A stretch of DNA of 64,000 nucleotides from sequence record KU521356.1; one strand, written 5' to 3'. The notes beneath the pieces were generated by a model. The model did not search any database. It saw nothing but the letters and a program-made list of their open reading frames with translations, and was not told where the DNA came from. This document shows positions 55,864-64,000 of this stretch, piece after piece. The position numbers were made by a program, and so were the translations under genes. Position 1 is the first letter of the stretch. Every line of letters begins with the position of its first letter.

Positions 55864-56302
55864 GCACAATAACCCATCAATGCCACTGCACCCTATTCTT
55901 AAATTAACTACTGCTGTAGTTGATTCAACTCGTTTTAATCTTGAAGAATATTCTTATCTTAAAGAAGCATTTAAAAATGGTACTCTACGTATCTATGTGA
56001 CTGGATATGACTATGCTTACCCATCTGAAGATGACCATCTTGTTATTAAAGACGACTATCCTAAGGTGGCTAACAGACCACCATTTGTACATGTTGGTAG
56101 AGATCCGAATGGGTTAATTGATGATACCCAGCTATATGTAGCTACAACCCATTTTTCAGGGACAAGTAGTGAAATTACTACCAGACCCATTAGTGTACAT
56201 GCATGTGTTACTGAACACGATATCGTTTTAACAAGTACACTCAAGAAAAAAGAAGATGCTGTTATTGTGTATCACATTGAACTAATTGCATGTAAATATT
56301 AG
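55790..56302 (+). CDS. hypothetical protein (true start probably ATG near 55850)
   Basis: ORF with AAGGA SD before MLLIKHNN; terminator hairpin at 56351-56368. Confidence 0.7.
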   Translation: MMRVHCGTIHILLITLRKIPMLLIKHNNPSMPLHPILKLTTAVVDSTRFNLEEYSYLKEAFKNGTLRIYVTGYDYAYPSEDDHLVIKDDYPKVANRPPFVHVGRDPNGLIDDTQLYVATTHFSGTSSEITTRPISVHACVTEHDIVLTSTLKKKEDAVIVYHIELIACKY

Positions 56303-56380
56303 TATACTAGTTAATGTAAGTATTTAACTGTATGTATCAAGTAATATAAAGGGAGCCATTTGGCTCCCATCTTAACTTAA

Positions 56381-56818
<438 letters not shown>

Positions 56819-57376
56819 ATGACTAGTGAAGTTGAACAAAATGAAAGCGAAGCTATGAACTCCATGCTATTAAAACGAATTCATATGCTAGAAGTAACAG
56901 TTAGGAATCTAACGAAACATGCTAAAGTTATAGATGAGTCTTTCCAACAATTGGTAAAAGTTAAAGCTGAAGAAACTGCAACATTTAATATTCGCGTTAG
57001 TCGAGTTCTTGCAGATATTCTTTGCAATATGGGTGAAAGTATTCGGCGTGAAGTTGATGACGCAATGCGAGCTATCAATGGTGATACTAAACCAGTATTC
57101 TCACTAGTTGAAGTAGATGGAGTTAATCAGAAAGAACATATGGACTCGGTCATTGTTCGTAAAGGCGGTGATAAAGGTTATATGTTTGCTACTGTTGGAA
57201 CACCTAATAAGTTCACTACTGAAAACTGCGATGCGTTGATTGATTACCTAAATAGTAATCCTCAACTAATGGAAAACAAAGAAGAAGCTCGTTTCAATAT
57301 CATCACTACTCTGACTAAACAACAGATTGAACAAGTTATGGGTAAAGAAGATGGCAACTCCGGAACCGAACACTAG
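56819..57376 (+). CDS. hypothetical protein with N-terminal coiled coil
   Basis: 185 aa, abuts the upstream stop. Confidence 0.75.
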   Translation: MTSEVEQNESEAMNSMLLKRIHMLEVTVRNLTKHAKVIDESFQQLVKVKAEETATFNIRVSRVLADILCNMGESIRREVDDAMRAINGDTKPVFSLVEVDGVNQKEHMDSVIVRKGGDKGYMFATVGTPNKFTTENCDALIDYLNSNPQLMENKEEARFNIITTLTKQQIEQVMGKEDGNSGTEH

Positions 57377-57959
57377 AGTTACAGATAGCGATAACATGAT
57401 CATGGATGCAATGCAAGCCATGGTTAGCATTCATCAGAAAGAGATACCTATTGTCCATGAGGACGTTTTTGTAAAGAATATATTACCATTACTTGAATGC
57501 CCGTGGGCACCTGGTGCATTAGATGAATATCGTAAATATGTTCGTGAGCTATCAAATCCGTTACGCGTAGCAAGTGTCAATACCAAAGAAGCGGTTGTGC
57601 TTTTTACAGTTCCAGCACTTTATCCTCGTCCAAGTGTTGCAATCTCATCTGGTGAGAATGTTGCTAGCATTTCTAATGTAATGGATTATTATAATAAAGA
57701 ACATAACCGCAATCCACGCGGTGGGTTTGCTAAAGAAGCAGCTCAATTCTTAGAGCGGTGTGTTTATAATGAACCATTGGAAAAACAACTTCTACAAGTG
57801 TTAATCCAAATCTTAGCAGCATATGGTCGGGTATTAAAAAATACTGATGGTACTCCGTTATATGAGTTACCGAATGCATCTTCATCTAAATCTGGAGGTG
57901 TGCAAGTAGATACACCTGAGAATGATGAATGTGTTTACGGTGACGAATATGAAGACTGA
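57351..57959 (+). CDS. conserved hypothetical protein
   Basis: ATG 57351 preferred; acidic C-tail. Confidence 0.75.
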   Translation: MATPEPNTRVTDSDNMIMDAMQAMVSIHQKEIPIVHEDVFVKNILPLLECPWAPGALDEYRKYVRELSNPLRVASVNTKEAVVLFTVPALYPRPSVAISSGENVASISNVMDYYNKEHNRNPRGGFAKEAAQFLERCVYNEPLEKQLLQVLIQILAAYGRVLKNTDGTPLYELPNASSSKSGGVQVDTPENDECVYGDEYED

Positions 57960-59088
57960 TAAAACAAAGAAACCTGGCATATTTCGATATTTAACAGTAG
58001 GCGATGTCCATATGGGGCATCGCCAAACCCCTACTGAATTAATCATCAATAACTTTTGGAAAACTGTCCCTGATACAATTTTAAAAGATATTGATATGTT
58101 GATTATTACAGGGGATTTATTTGATCGTCAATTAAACAATGGCGATCCAGCTGCATACGCAATTGATAGATTTATTACAATACTTCTCTACAAATGTGAA
58201 ATGTATAATGTAATGATCCGTATTGTTGAAGGGACCCCATCACATGACCGTGGGCAAATGCAGTTTTTCGTAGAACAAAAAAATAATGCAAATATTAAAG
58301 TTGATTTGCATTATTCAAAGATTCTCGATATTGAGTATATTGAGAAACTAGATGCATATTTCCTTTATGTCCCTGATAAATGGAATCCATCCACATCAGA
58401 GACTTTAAATCAAGTAAAAGATTTAATGCATAAGAAAGGTATATCTCAAGTTGACTTTACTATTTTACATGGGGCATTTAAACATCAGCTACCAAGTATT
58501 GTGGAAGAGCCAACACATGATCCAGACGAATATTTAGCATTAACTAAATATATGATCAATGGTGGACATGTTCATGAGATGTCTATCTATGAACGCATTT
58601 TAGCTGCCGGTGGATTTGACCGATTAAGTCACAACGATGAAATTCCAAAAGGATTATTTGATGTTGTGGTGAAAGAAAATGGCGAATGGACTGCTACATT
58701 CCTTGAGAATAAGGGTGCGCGTAGATATGATACTTTGAATGTCCATGGAATGGATACTAAGCAACTTAATTACACTGTTAAAGAACATATCAAGACACTA
58801 CCAACTAACTCTGCAATTAGGTTAAGATGTAATCCAGGTGATGTAGCTACTGGTGATCTCGATACATTTCAAAATGAATATCCTAATTTTTCATGGAGTA
58901 TCTTAATTGAAAAAGTTACTACAAAGAAAAATACTGTGTCAGATAGCCTAAAGAATTTTGATTTATCAGAATTTTTGGATATAACTCCAGAAAGTATTTC
59001 TGATTTAATTATTCCAGATATTGAAAAATTTACAGCGGACGCTGCTCAGATCCAACGGGTATTGGGATTATTGACAGAGTTCAAATAA
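57949..59088 (+). CDS. SbcD/Mre11-like metallophosphoesterase nuclease
   Basis: Motifs GDVHMGH, TGDLFD, EGTPSHD, ILHG, GGHVH. Confidence 0.9.
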   Translation: MKTDKTKKPGIFRYLTVGDVHMGHRQTPTELIINNFWKTVPDTILKDIDMLIITGDLFDRQLNNGDPAAYAIDRFITILLYKCEMYNVMIRIVEGTPSHDRGQMQFFVEQKNNANIKVDLHYSKILDIEYIEKLDAYFLYVPDKWNPSTSETLNQVKDLMHKKGISQVDFTILHGAFKHQLPSIVEEPTHDPDEYLALTKYMINGGHVHEMSIYERILAAGGFDRLSHNDEIPKGLFDVVVKENGEWTATFLENKGARRYDTLNVHGMDTKQLNYTVKEHIKTLPTNSAIRLRCNPGDVATGDLDTFQNEYPNFSWSILIEKVTTKKNTVSDSLKNFDLSEFLDITPESISDLIIPDIEKFTADAAQIQRVLGLLTEFK

Positions 59089-59100
59089 AAGGCAATAATA

Positions 59101-59931
59101 ATGGATATTATCGAGAGAGATGTAGGTGCTAATATTCCGATTAGCATTGGAACTTCTTTTGCTCTCGAAGGGCTTATAGGAACACATCCACAAAAGCCTA
59201 GACAACCAACTGATGTTAAGTCTATTAAAGAAATATGGATTAATGTCCGTACTCTTGCAAGAAATATGTGGCAGGCTATGAAGTCTGAACAACAAACTAA
59301 TATTAACTTGGTTGCAGCAGTCGATGTTTTATTTCAAGAAGCACAAACAATCCCGGTTGCTTTACGGCAATCGGGGATAAAAGCAACTGTAAAATATTAC
59401 ATTACTGGTCGAGATGCAGTGAAGTGGTTATTCCCTAAAGCTACATTTAAAGTATCACGAACACCGCAACAATTAGCTTATGATGTTTATGAACGATTTG
59501 TATCAATTGAACTATACCAGAAGTTAAAAGATACAGATTTAACTACAATGGAAATATCTAATAAACCTCCAAAGGTTGAAGGTACTGTTTTACTATTAAC
59601 CCATTTCCCACATGAACTATTATGGAAACCCCATTTTAATAGACTTCTTTTATTGGAATCCCATACGGGTAAAATAAAGACATACAACATGTGGTATACT
59701 AAACTAAATGGTTTAAAAGAAGATACTCCATTTCCTTTTACATCATTTGCTATACAGATATTTGGCGATAAACAATTACTTGAACCACAAGACAAAGCTA
59801 TTCGTGCGCAATTAAAACAATTGGCACAATCTAGAAAATGGACAGGATTAACAACACCAGATAAAGTTCATCATGACATTACTGCTTATGGTTCTAAAGA
59901 GTTAAAAGAAGCATACAAGAAATTCAAATAG
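59101..59931 (+). CDS. conserved hypothetical protein (possibly PIN/FEN-like fold)
   Basis: 276 aa; IWINVRTLARNMWQA loosely resembles the FEN/T4-RNase-H N-terminal motif (weak). Confidence 0.55.
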   Translation: MDIIERDVGANIPISIGTSFALEGLIGTHPQKPRQPTDVKSIKEIWINVRTLARNMWQAMKSEQQTNINLVAAVDVLFQEAQTIPVALRQSGIKATVKYYITGRDAVKWLFPKATFKVSRTPQQLAYDVYERFVSIELYQKLKDTDLTTMEISNKPPKVEGTVLLLTHFPHELLWKPHFNRLLLLESHTGKIKTYNMWYTKLNGLKEDTPFPFTSFAIQIFGDKQLLEPQDKAIRAQLKQLAQSRKWTGLTTPDKVHHDITAYGSKELKEAYKKFK

Positions 59932-60017
59932 AAGAAATACTTGTTGCGATAATATTACGTAGAAATCATTTCCCATCTAGTTAAAAGAATCTAGTTTTAA
60001 TTTGGAGTTATCACATC

Positions 60018-60758
60018 ATGTCACAACAGCAGCCTAATGCACCCGTAGTTAACCCTTTTAACGTAATGAATACTTGGCTACATGCCAAACCATGCGAGGG
60101 TTCTCAAAAACGACCGACGCTACGATTTGGTCTGTTTAAAAACCAACCACGGGTTACTGTTCGTACTAATGTACCTGGTGATAAAGACCATGGTAAAATT
60201 GAGTTCAATACTGACCTAGCAACCTTTGCATGTTTCATTAAGTTTGCAATGGACTTAATTGAAGGTAAAACCGAAGATACTGAACGTGTCTTTGTTTACC
60301 GTAATAACTTCGTAGCTGGTAAGAAGCGTGATAATTTTATTGAGCTTTCTAAGCTACATGTTGGCCGTGCACAAGATGGTCGAATTTACATCGCAGTGCT
60401 AAGCACTCAACCTGATCGTCCAAAGATCAAATTCTTCTTTGGCCCGTCCCAATTCCATGATATCCGCAAAGCAGATGGTAGTCAGCTATCACCTAAGGAA
60501 ATGTCTGATGCTTATGCATACGGTTTCCTAGACCCCGCATATAAACTAGTAATGCATCTTCTAGTAACTGAATTCGATCCAGATGCTAAAGGTGTATCTA
60601 ACCCTGCTAATTTTAATCAGGGTAACGGTAATAGCGGTGGTTACAATAATGGTGGTCAGCGCAATAACTATAACAACGGCGGCAATAATAGTTATGCTAA
60701 GCCGGCTAATAATAGTTATAATGACTCAGCTTTTGATGAGGATATGCCTTCCTTCTAA
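60018..60758 (+). CDS. chmC: ChmC/Imp6-type SSB-like, nucleus-associated nucleic-acid-binding protein
   Basis: 246 aa; beta-rich core, N/G/Y low-complexity tail, acidic end FDEDMPSF; directly before the nvRNAP specificity subunit and PicA. Confidence 0.7.
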   Translation: MSQQQPNAPVVNPFNVMNTWLHAKPCEGSQKRPTLRFGLFKNQPRVTVRTNVPGDKDHGKIEFNTDLATFACFIKFAMDLIEGKTEDTERVFVYRNNFVAGKKRDNFIELSKLHVGRAQDGRIYIAVLSTQPDRPKIKFFFGPSQFHDIRKADGSQLSPKEMSDAYAYGFLDPAYKLVMHLLVTEFDPDAKGVSNPANFNQGNGNSGGYNNGGQRNNYNNGGNNSYAKPANNSYNDSAFDEDMPSF

Positions 60759-60826
60759 AACATATTTCGGTGCTTACTCTCGAAGTAGGCACCGATATGC
60801 CCTCAGTACTAAATGCCGTTATACTA

Positions 60827-60853
60827 AAAAAAATTTGAGATCTATATTACTAA
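60827..60853 (+). promoter_or_regulatory. promoter, near-identical to the chmA promoter
   Basis: AAAAAAATTTGAGATCTATATTACTAA. Confidence 0.8.
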
Positions 60854-60883
60854 CATGTATCTACATTGGTAAAAGAGGTTAAA

Positions 60884-62449
60884 ATGCAAATCATCGTTAC
60901 AGGAGTTCAAGGTACTGGTTTTACTGAAGTGGCTACAGAGCACAATGGTAAACGTTTAACTTGGACAACTACGGCTTATAGTAAAATCCGTGTACAAGAT
61001 CAACAACGCGTATTCCAAGAAATCAATGATTATTGGAGTGGCCTAAGTGCTGAGACACAACAACATATCTGGAATTGTTATGTAGAAATTCGTAAGATCA
61101 TGGATATGGCTATGGATCCGATGAGGATTGCAATGAGTCTATCCTATTACATCAAAGAGATGTATAAAGCCATGCCGATGAACAGTTTTCGGCGATGGCT
61201 ACTAACTATTGGTAAACTTTATATTCCAGTAGATATTGAAGAAGTTATCACTGATGATTCACGATATAATCGACCAGATCAAACATATCTGAAACATGAC
61301 TATATTAACCTTGCATCTGTATCACTAGCTCTTCGTCCTTTAGTACCTATTTGGGGCGAGTTTATTGATCAGGGCACTTCTCAGGAAATGCATAAAGAGT
61401 GTGAAGTAATTAGTCTCATCTCGGATTGTGAGGTTAACCATTGGCCTGTTGATGAAATATCAATCGATGGAACTCCAGTAGAAACAGCTTATGATAAGCT
61501 AAGTGCATATGTTAAGTTTTGTGTAGAAGATGAAGCACCCACCTTAGCCAACCTTTATAGGGGTATGAGTTCAGCTGAAGTGCCGGATATCTTACAGGCT
61601 AAAGTTATGGTTAGGCGATTAACCATCCTACCATTAAACGATGTCACCTCACATTCCATCGTTTCAAATATGTTTAGATATGTTAAGTCAAATCTAAACC
61701 CTGCGGAACGATCAACTGCTGACCGGGTTAATGATAAACGGCCAGATAAAGGTGGTATTGATGATGATGATAAAACATCATTTATCGAATCGCATAAAAC
61801 TAAACAGCGAGTTACTCCTGGTGATATCGTAGCTTATAACTTAGATGCTCTTGATGTAGTTAAACTTGTTCACAAAATCGATGACACTGTCCCACTAGAG
61901 TTAATTCAGGAATGTCTAGATTGCGTTGCAGTTACAGCTACTAAAGATATCTATCCACACCAGATATTACTTGCGCAATGGGTAATGCACAAAGCTTTTC
62001 CTGCAAGAGCATTCAGCCACATTAATAAGAATGCAGTTAACCATTTGTTGGCAGCAGCTCAGTCACTAATGTGGCATTGGGGTTTCCAACAAGTTGCTGT
62101 ATTTATGCAAGTAGAATTGTATTATAGTGGTGATCATGCAATGTCCATTCAACCACGTAATAGTACACGTATTCAAATTAAATATAAGGATGTGATGGAT
62201 GAACTTTATCCACATCAGCGACAACAACGAGCTATTAACGGTGTTCCAGTAGCACCTGTAAATATTGCGGGCATTGCTGTGCAATCTGCACATGCATCCA
62301 TTAGATCTAGTAACTGGATCTATCATGGACCCGATCGTTTATTCAAAGAAGCAGAACAGGTAACTCAGAATAAAGTCCTTGTTGTACCGGCCACAATTAA
62401 GTCGGTGATCACCGAACTGGTAATTCATCTGGGTAAACTTAATCAGTAA
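60884..62449 (+). CDS. non-virion RNAP promoter-specificity (sigma-like) subunit (phiKZ gp68-like)
   Basis: 521 aa from ATG 60884 (GAGG SD); N-terminus MQIIVTGVQGTGFTEVATEHNG, size and synteny. Confidence 0.78.
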   Translation: MQIIVTGVQGTGFTEVATEHNGKRLTWTTTAYSKIRVQDQQRVFQEINDYWSGLSAETQQHIWNCYVEIRKIMDMAMDPMRIAMSLSYYIKEMYKAMPMNSFRRWLLTIGKLYIPVDIEEVITDDSRYNRPDQTYLKHDYINLASVSLALRPLVPIWGEFIDQGTSQEMHKECEVISLISDCEVNHWPVDEISIDGTPVETAYDKLSAYVKFCVEDEAPTLANLYRGMSSAEVPDILQAKVMVRRLTILPLNDVTSHSIVSNMFRYVKSNLNPAERSTADRVNDKRPDKGGIDDDDKTSFIESHKTKQRVTPGDIVAYNLDALDVVKLVHKIDDTVPLELIQECLDCVAVTATKDIYPHQILLAQWVMHKAFPARAFSHINKNAVNHLLAAAQSLMWHWGFQQVAVFMQVELYYSGDHAMSIQPRNSTRIQIKYKDVMDELYPHQRQQRAINGVPVAPVNIAGIAVQSAHASIRSSNWIYHGPDRLFKEAEQVTQNKVLVVPATIKSVITELVIHLGKLNQ

Positions 62450-62465
62450 TAATTGAGGTAGTTCT

Positions 62466-64000
62466 ATGTTAGGTTTTAATAATTCAGCAATGGGTGGTAA
62501 TACTGAAGTACAGATTGAATCATTCATTCTAGTACAGACTGGTACTTATCAACCTGAGCATGTTCGACCATTTACGGTAGAGGTCACTGAGAACTCTATT
62601 GAACGTTTAAAAGAAGCAACTAATGATGGTCGTAATCTAGGTGTTGCAGCTGTGCAGCAAATTGCAGCTGATGTGATTGCACCACGTGCTCAAACTCAAG
62701 GTGAAGTCCCTATCGTCAATGGTTGGGGTGAGCGCCGGTTTAGGTTCATGATGAAAGTATGGGAGAATAACCGTTTCTTTGGTAATACCCGTACTTGCCG
62801 GATTCTATTTGGTTGCTCTGACCATTGCTCTATTAGTCCGCTTAGCAATAGTCTAGATCCTAACATGCGTATCTATTTTAATAGTGAAACTGTTATTGTA
62901 GAGCGCCAACGACCAACTGAGTTCGGTGTAGTCAAACAAGCACATATCCTAGGTTCTAACCAGATCCTTGCACCCGTCGATATCATGAGTGATATTACTA
63001 TCCCTCAGAACGGGTTTAGCATGTATACTGGAACTTCATCATATCTCCAACGACCAGAAGATGTTTTCCAAATTCAGCAAACGATGCAAGTAGCTAAACG
63101 CATTGAATCAACTGGACTACATCAAGGCGTATTTGACCGGATCATTGACCAACGCTCCAGTGTTGGTGAAGCAGGCACTTTCCAATATTCAAATCGCCGT
63201 GATACTTCTCCTACTCGTTATCTATCTAGTACTCTTAATGCATGGCAGCATTCTGTTAAAGAAGCTGAGATGGCTAATAATGATAACGATAATATCTTTG
63301 GAGGTGTCTCTGATGAAGTGATGCTAGGCGATGCATCTGCTGTACTTCGAAATCAAGATATCCATTCCAATATGTTCATGCGCATTCTAAAAGAACGCTG
63401 CAATTACATGGAACGTGGCTTTGTTACACTGGCTGACCTACAACGAGTATTCCCTGAACTACTGGTTGATGGTGTAGTTAAAGCTGGTATGGATAATGGT
63501 AATTCTCAACGCTTCGTTAACCGAGCAGAGCATTCCATGCATTGGGGTGGTGCAGATCATCACACTGTTGCAGCATCTCTACTTGCACAAGTAGTTCCAG
63601 CAATCATGATGGATAACTATTTCCGGGTAACCTCCTTTGCAATTACAAATGGACATGGAGCGAATAACTATCTATTCGAAATGCATCCAAATGGTACCAG
63701 GAGTATCATGGATGGAATTGATATGACTCCACAGATTAATGACTTTGAACGTCGTCTTATTACCGATGCGATTAACAGTATCTCTTATGGTAACCAGATT
63801 CCGTTTAAAATTTCCATGCACTCTGACTTAGCTGGTGATACTGTTATTGATATCAGTCTAAATCATGAATCGGTAGAACGATTCATCGCACCGACCTTCA
63901 TTGATAGTCTGTTTAGTCCAGTCATTACTCGGGATGCATCTGCACCGGCTATGATCTCTAATGACCTTACCTATCTTGTTAAGAATGTTATCCCCACTAA
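62466..64000 (+). CDS. picA: PicA/Imp1 nuclear-import factor (gp69-like), truncated by the window end; absent from the ORF track
   Basis: ATG 62466 with GAGGT SD; reads MLGFNNSAMGGNTEVQIESFILVQTGTYQ.. and is still open at the window end (..VKNVIPT); follows the gp68-like gene. Confidence 0.72.
   Translation, partial: MLGFNNSAMGGNTEVQIESFILVQTGTYQPEHVRPFTVEVTENSIERLKEATNDGRNLGVAAVQQIAADVIAPRAQTQGEVPIVNGWGERRFRFMMKVWENNRFFGNTRTCRILFGCSDHCSISPLSNSLDPNMRIYFNSETVIVERQRPTEFGVVKQAHILGSNQILAPVDIMSDITIPQNGFSMYTGTSSYLQRPEDVFQIQQTMQVAKRIESTGLHQGVFDRIIDQRSSVGEAGTFQYSNRRDTSPTRYLSSTLNAWQHSVKEAEMANNDNDNIFGGVSDEVMLGDASAVLRNQDIHSNMFMRILKERCNYMERGFVTLADLQRVFPELLVDGVVKAGMDNGNSQRFVNRAEHSMHWGGADHHTVAASLLAQVVPAIMMDNYFRVTSFAITNGHGANNYLFEMHPNGTRSIMDGIDMTPQINDFERRLITDAINSISYGNQIPFKISMHSDLAGDTVIDISLNHESVERFIAPTFIDSLFSPVITRDASAPAMISNDLTYLVKNVIPT

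Overview
This window looks like the first ~64 kb of a phiKZ-like, nucleus-forming jumbo phage (Phikzvirus-type, host inferred to be Pseudomonas). Gene identities come from recognisable motifs, sizes and gene order recalled for phiKZ; no database search was run. 1-14 kb is a dense + strand early region: DHFR followed by about 30 small hypothetical genes, with repeated TATATTAC promoter cassettes. 14-31 kb is a virion block (large terminase, structural proteins, tail sheath, tail tube) interleaved with AT-rich accessory cassettes. 31-47 kb holds Dip, PhuZ tubulin, a CX5R phosphatase-like protein and a B-family DNA polymerase subunit. 47-64 kb is the phage-nucleus core cluster: chimallin, the non-virion RNAP catalytic subunit, an SbcD-like nuclease, ChmC, the nvRNAP specificity subunit and PicA/Imp1 (cut by the window end). 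The nucleus system itself is already described. The strongest new-looking signals are: (1) the RNAP catalytic gene is split by two group I introns, each with an HNH endonuclease in its P1 loop, leaving a 36-codon micro-exon and cutting the NADFDGD motif between N and A; (2) a ~350-nt highly structured non-coding segment directly after chmA, with a possible kissing loop; (3) a promoter plus 60-aa gene flanked by a 101-bp, 76%-identical direct repeat of a gene junction; (4) a sharp Leu-codon switch (CTG in an early gene, CTA in chmA); (5) several candidate RNA switches and interrupted ORFs. No tRNA, rRNA or CRISPR array was seen.
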